From positions 67,531-117,287 of the forward strand of contig CAYVOF010000001.1 of the NCBI GenBank assembly GCA_964453405.1: DNA of 49,757 nucleotides, in the 5' to 3' direction. Numbering within the stretch: position 1 is the first letter of the stretch; each line of letters begins with the position of its first letter. The notes under the pieces are model-generated. The model did no database searches. It was not told where the DNA came from and was given only the letters and a program-made list of their open reading frames with translations. Made by a program: the position numbers and the translations under genes. Below, piece after piece: positions 17,888 through 26,090 of this stretch. This stretch comes from an uncultured Candidatus Saccharibacteria bacterium (GTDB taxonomy: Bacteria > Patescibacteriota > Doudnabacteria > UBA920).

Positions 17888-19045
17888 ATGAAACAACAAA
17901 AAGACAATTTCGATCGCGTTAGTTACAAACCAATTCGATTAGATTCAAAAAAAGATTTTAAGCAACAGCTAAAAAAGTATTCTAATGCAAAGAATATAAC
18001 TGTTATAGATCAGTACTTAATTCAATTAGAAGAAGTTTTTTTGTTGCGTAACCCTAAGTATCGGTTTGATAAAGATTATCGGGGTGAGTTTGATAAATTT
18101 GCTAAAACACATGGTGGTAAAAATGGACTTTACCATTCTGGTTCGTGGTTTTATTTTCCATGGATGAACGCCGTTATTCATTACCTGTCTGATAAAGATC
18201 ATCAAGAGGTTAGAACTGGCCGTAATCGAAATTTGATTACTCAAGCTGAGCAAAATAAATTTTATAATTCTATCGTTGGTATTTTAGGTATGAGTGTAGG
18301 AAGCCATGTGGCTTTGACTATTGCTATGACTGGTGGAGCTCGTCATATTAAATTAGCCGATCTTGACGTGCTTTCTGCTTCAAACTTAAACCGTGTGCGC
18401 ACTGGTTTCCAAAATATCGAAGTTCCTAAGGTTGTGGCCGTTGCTCGCCAAATTTATGAAATTAATCCTTATGCAAAAGTAGAATTATATCAGCAAGGCA
18501 TTACCGAACAAGCTTTACATAAGTTTCTAGTCGGTTCAGGCAAGCTATCAGTACTCGTAGAAGAAATGGATCAACCATATTTTAAGATTAAAGTTCGTGA
18601 AGAAGCCCGCAAGTTGGGAATTCCTGTAATCATGGCGGCAGATAATGCTGATAGTATTATCGTTGACGTTGAACGTTATGATCTTAATAAAAAGTATCCG
18701 ATTTTGCATGGAATTTTAGGCAAGATGACAGCAGAAGAATTTAGACATGTAGCACCGCAGGATTTACCAAAAGTGATTGCTAAAATGGCTGGAGCAAATT
18801 TATCTACTATCAGAATGTTGGAATCAGTAATGCAAGTGGGTAAGACAATTTACTCTTGGCCTCAATTAGGAAACGCTGCCACGCTTTGTGGTTCTGTGTT
18901 AACTTACTTAGCTCGTAAAATAATTCTTAAAGAAAAAGTCCCATCAGGGCGAACAGATTTTAATGTTGATACAGCGTTTATGCCTATGACATCAGCGGAG
19001 AAAAAACAGCGTGACAAGATTTTTAAGATGATGGGGATTAAGTAA
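17888..19045 (+). CDS. ThiF/MoeB/E1-like adenylyltransferase with an about 125-aa N-terminal extension
   Basis: Rossmann IVGILGMSVGSHVA...IKLADLDVLSASNLNRV (ThiF D-x-D ... NLNR motif). The N-terminal WFYFPW...RTGRNRNLIT region is as I remember for Rv1355c-type proteins. Confidence 0.72.
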   Translation: MKQQKDNFDRVSYKPIRLDSKKDFKQQLKKYSNAKNITVIDQYLIQLEEVFLLRNPKYRFDKDYRGEFDKFAKTHGGKNGLYHSGSWFYFPWMNAVIHYLSDKDHQEVRTGRNRNLITQAEQNKFYNSIVGILGMSVGSHVALTIAMTGGARHIKLADLDVLSASNLNRVRTGFQNIEVPKVVAVARQIYEINPYAKVELYQQGITEQALHKFLVGSGKLSVLVEEMDQPYFKIKVREEARKLGIPVIMAADNADSIIVDVERYDLNKKYPILHGILGKMTAEEFRHVAPQDLPKVIAKMAGANLSTIRMLESVMQVGKTIYSWPQLGNAATLCGSVLTYLARKIILKEKVPSGRTDFNVDTAFMPMTSAEKKQRDKIFKMMGIK

Positions 19046-19050
19046 AATTT

Positions 19051-19671
19051 ATGAAATTTTATTTGTCATCATATAAATTAGGGAATGAAACCGACAAATT
19101 AAAAGAGCTTATTAGACAAGGTAATAAAAAAGTTGCCTATATACCGAATGCGTTAGACTTTAGCTTAGATGTCGAAAGAAGAGCACAAAGTGAGCAAACT
19201 GACATTGAAGATTTGCAATCTTTGGGGTTAGATGTCGATAGAATTGATTTACGCAATTTTTTCAGTAACAAAGAAGAGTTAAAAGAAAAACTAAACCTTT
19301 ATGATGTCTTTTGGGTCAGGGGTGGAAATGTTTTTGTCTTGAGGCAGGCAATGAGTTTGAGCGGTTTTGATTATATTCTCAAAAATTTAACTCATAAAAA
19401 TATTATATACGGCGGCTACAGTGCTGGGGTTTGTGTTCTTAGCCCAACACTAAAAGGATTTGGGCTTATGGATGATCCAAGTCAAAAACCCTATGGTAAC
19501 GATATCGAGACAATTTGGGATGGATTAGGGTTGATAGATTTTTCTATCGTCCCGCATTTTCAATCAGATCATCGTGAGTCTGATGATGCAAATAAGGTAG
19601 TGGAATACCTCACAACTGAGAAAATTTCTTTTAAGGCTATTAAAGATGGAGAAGTAATTATTATAGAATAA
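19051..19671 (+). CDS. peptidase S51 (dipeptidase E / cyanophycinase-like) family
   Basis: FWVRGGNVFVL, nucleophile-elbow GGYSAGVCV, and VPHFQSD His motif. Confidence 0.72.
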   Translation: MKFYLSSYKLGNETDKLKELIRQGNKKVAYIPNALDFSLDVERRAQSEQTDIEDLQSLGLDVDRIDLRNFFSNKEELKEKLNLYDVFWVRGGNVFVLRQAMSLSGFDYILKNLTHKNIIYGGYSAGVCVLSPTLKGFGLMDDPSQKPYGNDIETIWDGLGLIDFSIVPHFQSDHRESDDANKVVEYLTTEKISFKAIKDGEVIIIE

Positions 19672-19676
19672 TAGGA

Positions 19677-20480
19677 ATGTTATATAAATTAGATTTCCAC
19701 GGATTTGTTAAAAATGAGGCCAGTAAATCCAAAGTTCAGCCTTATTTTAAAAAACTTCTCAAAGAAGTAGAAAAGGTGTATACTCGTAGATTGGAGGGTA
19801 ATTTGCTCAGTATATACATAAGGGGGAGTGTTAGTGTGGGTAGAGCAAGACCCTACATTTCTGATTTGGATAGTGTTTGCGTAGTAAAAACTCCTATATC
19901 AAACAAAGATTTGTTATGGTTTGCAAAAACAGCCAAAATACTAGAAAAAAAGTATCCGAAAGTAACTCTAGTAGAGCTAGCGGTTGTATCACAATCCAAT
20001 TTACTAAAATCAAAGAAATATAAAAATTTAAGAGTTTATTTAAAGACACAGTCCTTTTGCTTAAAAGGGGTAGATGTAGTATCTGCGATTCCATCGGTGA
20101 AACCAGGTAAGGCTTTGGCGCAAGAGCTTTATGGCAATTTGGATAAAGAGCTGGAAACCCTAAAGAAAATTTTTACAGGAAAAATTAAAAACAAACAGTA
20201 TTTGTTCCAAAAAAGACCTATAGAGTTCTGGTGCGTATGGATGACTCGCGTACTATTGAGAGCAGGTTTAGGGTTGAAAATGATTCAAAAGCCTATCTAC
20301 TCTCAAGATCTACAAACCTGCTATAAAGTTTTTTCTAAATCTTATCCTCAATACAAAAATCAAATGCACCAATTGCTAAAGTGGTCTATAAAACCTATTA
20401 GTAATAAAAAAGAATTGTCTATTTTTTTGAATGATTTTGGTCCCAAGTTCATAAAATTATGGGATCAAGCAGTTAAGTAA
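19677..20480 (+). CDS. pol-beta-fold nucleotidyltransferase, AadA/ANT-like architecture
   Basis: IRGSVSVGRARPYISDLDSVCVV (G-S ... D-x-D) followed by a helical C-terminal domain. The size (267 aa) is close to ANT(3'') enzymes. Confidence 0.6.
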   Translation: MLYKLDFHGFVKNEASKSKVQPYFKKLLKEVEKVYTRRLEGNLLSIYIRGSVSVGRARPYISDLDSVCVVKTPISNKDLLWFAKTAKILEKKYPKVTLVELAVVSQSNLLKSKKYKNLRVYLKTQSFCLKGVDVVSAIPSVKPGKALAQELYGNLDKELETLKKIFTGKIKNKQYLFQKRPIEFWCVWMTRVLLRAGLGLKMIQKPIYSQDLQTCYKVFSKSYPQYKNQMHQLLKWSIKPISNKKELSIFLNDFGPKFIKLWDQAVK

Positions 20481-20494
20481 TTAATTATGAAGTT

Positions 20495-21550
20495 ATGAAA
20501 AAGATATTCCCAATAGTAATTTTGATTGTGATTATAGGTGCAGTAGGATTTTTTATTTCTCGACCAAAAACCGCTATTAATACAGAACAAAAGAAATTAG
20601 ACAAATTAACTGTTCAAGCAGGTTGGTTATTGAACGGAGAATTTGCGAATGTTTGTTCTGCAATCGTAAATGATTATTATAAGGATGAAGGGCTAGAGGT
20701 CGAGCTTGTTCCTGGTGGGCCAACAGGCGGTTCGTTTATAATTGCTACAAATGCTGTAGCGCAGAATCCTGATCTAGATATAGCAATTGATGGGGATATA
20801 GTCCCATTATTGCGTGGGGTTACTAAAGAGTCGCCTACAGAGCAATTAAAGATGAAAGCATTTGCGGCTTTTTGGAATGAAAACCCTTATGGTTTTATCG
20901 TTAAAAAAGACTCAGGAATCACAAGTCTTAAAGACTTAGCGTTAAAAATAAAACCTGATGGGACAAAGTATAAAATTGGAGTAACTGCAGATTCAGTTAT
21001 TCAGAATGCCATCGCCAGCTATGCCAATGTTTCAGTTAAAGATTTAAATTTAGAAACCGTAGGATTTGACGCATCTGCCTTTTTAAGCGGTCAAGTTGAT
21101 GCTTTAGCTTCTTATTGGACAACTCAAGCCTATGAAGTAGAAAAGGCAGGAATCGAATATAAATTTTTAAACGCGAGTGAACTACCCGGTTTTAATCAGC
21201 CTTCTATGGTTGCTTTAGCTAGTGATAAAACCTTACAAGATAAACATGATCAATTAGTAAAGTGGCTAAAAGCTACTATTAAAGGTTCTCAGTTTGTCGT
21301 AAGCAATCCTGCTAAGGCTGCAGAAATGATTACGGATAACCGTTGTGGGGGTTCAAATTTTGATGTTACTCAAGAAAAATGGTTAATTGAAAAATCTACT
21401 CCTCTATTTGATAAAAATAAAATTGGGTGGGTGTACGATAACCAAATTACTGGCTTTGCGGATGCATATTATAAGTTAGGACAGATACCTCGCAATCCGT
21501 CAGTTGATGAACTATTAGATTATTCTGTATTGAATTCAATTTATAAATAG
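20495..21550 (+). CDS. ABC transporter substrate-binding protein (NMT1/THI5-like, NitT/TauT type)
   Basis: N-terminal anchor helix, periplasmic-binding-fold pattern (VQAGWLLNGEFANV...YYKDEGLEVELVPGG), and adjacent ATPase and permease genes. Confidence 0.7.
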   Translation: MKKIFPIVILIVIIGAVGFFISRPKTAINTEQKKLDKLTVQAGWLLNGEFANVCSAIVNDYYKDEGLEVELVPGGPTGGSFIIATNAVAQNPDLDIAIDGDIVPLLRGVTKESPTEQLKMKAFAAFWNENPYGFIVKKDSGITSLKDLALKIKPDGTKYKIGVTADSVIQNAIASYANVSVKDLNLETVGFDASAFLSGQVDALASYWTTQAYEVEKAGIEYKFLNASELPGFNQPSMVALASDKTLQDKHDQLVKWLKATIKGSQFVVSNPAKAAEMITDNRCGGSNFDVTQEKWLIEKSTPLFDKNKIGWVYDNQITGFADAYYKLGQIPRNPSVDELLDYSVLNSIYK

Positions 21551-21555
21551 AACTC

Positions 21556-22317
21556 ATGGAATCACTGATTACCTTTGATGGAGTTTCTAAAGATTATTCA
21601 ACATCCAATAATAATTCTCTTGCAATAAAAGACATCAGTTTTCAGGTTTATAAAAATGAAATACTATCGATTTTAGGGCCTTCTGGATGTGGTAAAACTA
21701 CGATTCTACGTTTAATCGCTAATTCAATCATCCCTAGTAAAGGCAGAATCGATTACGGGAGCAAACCTATTGAGTGGGCTAAAAAAAATAGTCTTATTGG
21801 GTTAGTCTCTCAGAGCCCTTCCTTGTTACCAAATCGTACCGTAAAAGAAAATATAGCACTTTCTCTTGAGATTAGAGGTGGGTATAGCGAAGAGAAGATT
21901 CATAAGATAATTGAGCTCATGGGGTTGGTTGGAAGTGAGAACTATTACCCATATCAATTATCTGGAGGGATGAAGCAGCGTACTTCTTTAGCCCGATCGA
22001 TGATTTATGATCCGGAACTACTATTAATGGATGAGCCTTTTGCGTCATTAGATGAAATTATTCGCGAACGTTTAAATAGTGAGTTAATAAATATTCAACG
22101 AAAGACTCAACAGACTATTATTTTCGTCACTCACAATATCGAAGAAGCCGTTTTTTTATCTGATAGAATTTTGATACTTTCTAATACCCCAGGTAATATA
22201 ATCGGAAAAGTAAATGTTGGATTACCTAAAAATCGAACTTCAGAGGTAAGAAGTACTCAAGAATTTTTTGATATAACAAAGCAGGTCCGCTTACTTCTAA
22301 AGGAGAGCTATGTATAA
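21556..22317 (+). CDS. ABC transporter ATP-binding protein
   Basis: Walker A GPSGCGKTT, signature LSGGMKQR, Walker B LLLMDEPF. Confidence 0.9.
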   Translation: MESLITFDGVSKDYSTSNNNSLAIKDISFQVYKNEILSILGPSGCGKTTILRLIANSIIPSKGRIDYGSKPIEWAKKNSLIGLVSQSPSLLPNRTVKENIALSLEIRGGYSEEKIHKIIELMGLVGSENYYPYQLSGGMKQRTSLARSMIYDPELLLMDEPFASLDEIIRERLNSELINIQRKTQQTIIFVTHNIEEAVFLSDRILILSNTPGNIIGKVNVGLPKNRTSEVRSTQEFFDITKQVRLLLKESYV

Positions 22318-23095
22318 AAGAATAGTCCTATCTGTATTTCTAGTTTTGCTATTATTGACAACGTGGCAGATAATAGAAGACAAGGTTAACATAAGTAGAT
22401 TGCAAAGCAATCAGACGGCCTTAGAAGCTTTTATCCCCACACCTAAAACTATTGCAAAAACTTTTAGCACAGATTGGAGAGATATTAGTAGGGAAATTAG
22501 ACACACTTTAATTAAAGCTTACTTAGGTCTTATTATAGGGCTGATTTTTGCTTTATTGATGGCCAGCTTGTTTTTATTTTTTCCTTTTTTGAGAAATTTA
22601 TTTTTTCCATTATCATTTGCAATTAATTCATTTCCAATTATCGGCTTTGCACCAGTAGTTGTTTTGATTTTTGGACAAGGGTCATATTCTTCTATTATTT
22701 TTATTGCTGCCCTGATTTGTTATTTTCCGATTTTAATAAGTTTAGATACAGCTTTCCGGCAAACGGACAAAGATCTTTTAGAGTTTGCTAACATTATTAA
22801 CGCGAGTAAATGGCAAACTTTTAGTAAAATTCATTTCCCTTTAGCAATTCCATATTTAAACTTGTCTTTAAAGTTAGCTATCCCCGCTAGTATTATCGGC
22901 GCCACTATCGGAGAGTGGCTAGGGTCACGTTACGGGATAGGTCAGTTAATTACAATTGCCTTGTATCAACTTAAGCCAGGGTTGCTGTACTCTTCGTTGG
23001 TTTCAATAACATTGGTAAGTACTGTCAGTGTTTTGGCTCTGCAATTATTTGAACATATATATTTTCCATGGATAAAAAAAAGTCTTAGAAGATAA
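22310..23095 (+). CDS. ABC transporter permease (BPD-type)
   Basis: Six predicted TM helices. Overlaps the ATPase gene by 8 nt. Confidence 0.8.
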   Translation: MYKRIVLSVFLVLLLLTTWQIIEDKVNISRLQSNQTALEAFIPTPKTIAKTFSTDWRDISREIRHTLIKAYLGLIIGLIFALLMASLFLFFPFLRNLFFPLSFAINSFPIIGFAPVVVLIFGQGSYSSIIFIAALICYFPILISLDTAFRQTDKDLLEFANIINASKWQTFSKIHFPLAIPYLNLSLKLAIPASIIGATIGEWLGSRYGIGQLITIALYQLKPGLLYSSLVSITLVSTVSVLALQLFEHIYFPWIKKSLRR

Positions 23096-23110
23096 TTATC
23101 TTCTAAGACT
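23081..23110. terminator. perfect 30-nt palindrome, bidirectional terminator
   Basis: AGTCTTAGAAGATAA / TTATCTTCTAAGACT. The left arm encodes the last permease codons and stop. It lies between convergent operons. Confidence 0.6.
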
Positions 23111-23119
23111 TGCTATTTG

Positions 23120-24556
23120 TTAATCCCTTCCTCTGAATACTGGTCTTTTTGAAACCAGCATTCCAGGCAAGGATCTAAATGGCATATTATTAGTTTGCTG
23201 GGTCACTAACTCAGCTAACTCATCAATGCTCATTTGCTTCTGACTCTCTCCTCTAACTCTAACAGATAAATGGCCACCAGCCATCTCTTTGTCACCGCAC
23301 ACTACTATGTATGGAACCCATTCGCGCTCAGCTGCTCTTATCCTCCAGTTGAGTGATTCATTGCGCTCATCTACATCTACTCTGATTTTATGTGACTTGA
23401 ATTGTTCAGCCACATTCAATGCAAAGTCGACATGTTTTGCTTCTGAAACTGGAATGACTCGAACTTGAGTCGGGGATAACCATAATGGTAAGGTCGGCGG
23501 ATCCTTTTTGAGGGCATTCTCCAGAATAGAAAATATCCATCTCTCAATTGATCCAATTGAGCTGTGCACAATAGTACAGCCTTTTTGTTTACCATCCGGG
23601 TCCATGAAGGTGATCCCATAGAGTGAAGCATCTTTAATATCCAGTTGGACAGTCGAAGTTTGGCAAATCCCATCTCCGGTGTCTATGGTATTAATTTCAT
23701 GTTTCAGCACCCAGTAATGCTTCATCTCTGAGAGTATTTCGATGAAGGCAGGGGCCCCGCTATGCTTGATCATCTCCACCAATTCGTCCTTGTGCTCATC
23801 GTAAAACTCTTTTACGACTCGAAAAGCTACAGCATAACTGACATCCATACCATTTGCTAATTCGGTATAGCGTCGGTATAGCTCCTTGTATTCTTCGATA
23901 CCCTGATCAAGATTTTGGCAAAAGCTGTGGATGTCAGGCATCCAAAACCCTCGCAGCCTTCTTAACCCTGATAAGCTTCCACTTGATTCATAGCGGAAGC
24001 TTGGCGCGAATTCATACAAGCGAACCGGCAAATGTCTGTAGGTTAATTGGGCATCTCGCATTAAACGAAATAAACCAAAGTCTCCAGCAAACCTTAAGAT
24101 AAATTCCTTTTCAGGTTTATCCGGCAAGCGGACAATATAATGATGCTCGTGGAACGACTCGGCTTGGCTACGGATATCAGGTTCGCCCCAATCGTAAAGG
24201 ATCGGGGTTTCAATTGAGTACGCTCCAAGTCTTTCTAGGGCAATTTCCTCAGCCCACAGGCGTAGCAGTTCAAAAATCAATGCCCCTTTAGGATAAAAGC
24301 GAAAGTGGCCTTTATCACTAGCTGGTTCATAGTCAACTAGCTCCAACTCCTGCATCGCTCTTATAGAAAGTGGTTCGATACCGGGCTGACCCTTAATCAT
24401 TTCCACTTCCACCATTTTACGCAAGTTCGGATAGTCATCCAAAATTTCCAAATTTTCTAAATCTGGGTTAATTTCGAATTCCTTTCCGTCTTGATCCAGA
24501 ATAATAAATCTGGAATCTATATTGTCGACAATTTTCTTTCTCTCTGTCTGATTCAT
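23120..24556 (-). CDS. threonyl-tRNA synthetase-like class II aaRS, catalytic plus anticodon-binding domains only (no TGS or editing domains)
   Basis: Motif 2 FRYESSGSLSGLRRLRGFWMPDIHSFC and motif 3 GSIERWIF. ThrRS-type junction LPLWLSPTQVRVIPV. HGTP anticodon domain (IRVDVDERNESLNWRIRAAEREWVPYIVVCGDKE). Strong SD GGAGGAAAT. Confidence 0.8.
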   Translation of the reverse strand: MNQTERKKIVDNIDSRFIILDQDGKEFEINPDLENLEILDDYPNLRKMVEVEMIKGQPGIEPLSIRAMQELELVDYEPASDKGHFRFYPKGALIFELLRLWAEEIALERLGAYSIETPILYDWGEPDIRSQAESFHEHHYIVRLPDKPEKEFILRFAGDFGLFRLMRDAQLTYRHLPVRLYEFAPSFRYESSGSLSGLRRLRGFWMPDIHSFCQNLDQGIEEYKELYRRYTELANGMDVSYAVAFRVVKEFYDEHKDELVEMIKHSGAPAFIEILSEMKHYWVLKHEINTIDTGDGICQTSTVQLDIKDASLYGITFMDPDGKQKGCTIVHSSIGSIERWIFSILENALKKDPPTLPLWLSPTQVRVIPVSEAKHVDFALNVAEQFKSHKIRVDVDERNESLNWRIRAAEREWVPYIVVCGDKEMAGGHLSVRVRGESQKQMSIDELAELVTQQTNNMPFRSLPGMLVSKRPVFRGRD

Positions 24557-24576
24557 ATTTCCTCCACTAACTATGT

Positions 24577-25989
24577 TTAATCCCTACCTTTAAACACTGG
24601 TCTTTTTGAAACCAACATTCCAGGTAACGGTCTGAATGGCATATGTTGTGTTTGTTGCCTAATTAATTCTTTTAATTCTGCAACTATCATATGTCTTTGA
24701 TTTTCTCCTCTGACTCGAACTGCTAGATAATTATCGCTTATCTCTTTGTCCCCACATACAACCGTATAAGGGACCCATTCGCGTTCCGCAGCTCTTATTC
24801 TCCAGTTGAGTGATTCACTTCGATCATCTACATCCACTCTTATCTGATTGGATTTGAGTTGTTCAGCAACATTCAGTGAGAAGTCTAGATGCTTTTCCTG
24901 CGAAACGGGAATAATTCTAACCTGAGTCGGGGATAGCCATAATGGCAAAGTCGGCGATTCTTTTTTTAAAGCATCATCAACTGCTATGATCATCCACTTT
25001 TCAATGGAACCAAAAGATGTATGAATAACAACACATTCATTTTTATCACCATCATTTGTCATGTATTTAATCCCAAACTTTTTACCACTTTCAATATCGA
25101 ATTGAACATGGAATAAAGTTTGAGGATGTTCTGAGTATGAAATATGTTTCATTGACCAGTATTGGCGTTGACTTGAAATAATTTCAACCAACATTTTTTC
25201 TCCACTGGCCAGCATTTCGATCATGACATTCTTCATTGATTTATACAGATTTTCTGTAATTTTGAAGTGTATTACTAAATTTACTCCAACATCATTTGCC
25301 ATTTTGGTCAGAAGTCTTTGTATCTCCTGATATTCAATTAATGCTTCCTCCATGTTTGAACAGAAGCTATGAATATCAGTAAACGAAAATGATCTTCCTC
25401 TTCTAATTCCAGAAAGAGCCCCACTTTGATGATATCGAAAGCTATGTGTGTGTTCGTAGATTCTGAAAGGTAGATGTCGATATGTAAGCTGCGCACCTTT
25501 CATTATCTCGAACAAACCCAAGTCGTCATTAAAGCGGAGTACAAATTTTTCTTTGTTTTGTTCGCTTCCAAAAACTGGGTAAACACTATTGCTAAACATT
25601 CCTATCTGTTTATTAATATTTGAGTGATCCCAGTCGTAGATAAATGGTGTTTTTAATGGTAATGCTTCAAATGCTTCAGTAGCTATTTGTTCGCACCATC
25701 GGGTGAGTAGCTCATACATTAATGCCCCTTTGGGATAAAAACGAAAGTGTCCTTTATCACTGGCTGGTTCATAGTCAACTAACTCGAGTTTTTGCATCGT
25801 GTCCATCTGACTAGAAAATTGAACCGTACTAATTGCATCAACATTTGCGGTGATCACTTTGATCATTGCTGGGCTAAATTGATTTTCAATTTCGCGCCAG
25901 CTATCTTTTTGTAACGATATTTCATTACCCAAAGAATCGAGTGTAAAAAAACTGCTTGCTGGCAAGTTTTTGTTCTGATCTGTTTCCAT
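24577..25989 (-). CDS. ThrRS-like paralog with degenerate class II catalytic motifs
   Basis: Same architecture as the downstream copy. Long runs are identical to it (ELVDYEPASDKGHFRFYPKGAL, TLPLWLSPTQVR, SLNWRIRAAEREWVPY, LPGMLVSKRPVF). Motif 2 reads FRYHQSG...RRGRSFSFTDIH and motif 3 reads GSIEKWMI. Confidence 0.75.
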   Translation of the reverse strand: METDQNKNLPASSFFTLDSLGNEISLQKDSWREIENQFSPAMIKVITANVDAISTVQFSSQMDTMQKLELVDYEPASDKGHFRFYPKGALMYELLTRWCEQIATEAFEALPLKTPFIYDWDHSNINKQIGMFSNSVYPVFGSEQNKEKFVLRFNDDLGLFEIMKGAQLTYRHLPFRIYEHTHSFRYHQSGALSGIRRGRSFSFTDIHSFCSNMEEALIEYQEIQRLLTKMANDVGVNLVIHFKITENLYKSMKNVMIEMLASGEKMLVEIISSQRQYWSMKHISYSEHPQTLFHVQFDIESGKKFGIKYMTNDGDKNECVVIHTSFGSIEKWMIIAVDDALKKESPTLPLWLSPTQVRIIPVSQEKHLDFSLNVAEQLKSNQIRVDVDDRSESLNWRIRAAEREWVPYTVVCGDKEISDNYLAVRVRGENQRHMIVAELKELIRQQTQHMPFRPLPGMLVSKRPVFKGRD

Positions 25990-26090
25990 TTAGATTATAC
26001 CTCCTTATTTGGCTATCAACTCATTATAAATGTACTTTTTAATCAAATAAAATAGCTCTATTTGACTTAATATTCTAACTTGTTATATAA

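Noticed and set aside
17888-19671. A microcin-C-like reading: the ThiF/MccB-like adenylating enzyme plus a peptidase as MccF-like immunity, with the ThrRS-like genes as target-type resistance.
   Set aside because: I found no short precursor ORF ending in Asn upstream of the E1-like gene; the junctions are only 4-5 nt. The peptidase is S51, not S66. The transporter is SBP-dependent (an importer) rather than an exporter. I kept only the general idea of carboxylate adenylation in the operon finding.
17888-20480. A CBASS-type-II-like reading: nucleotidyltransferase plus E1-like protein.
   Set aside because: There is no E2 or JAB domain and no effector. The NTase looks AadA/ANT-like (GS...DLD plus a helical C-domain) rather than cGAS/DncV-like. 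The genes are embedded with metabolic enzymes and an importer.
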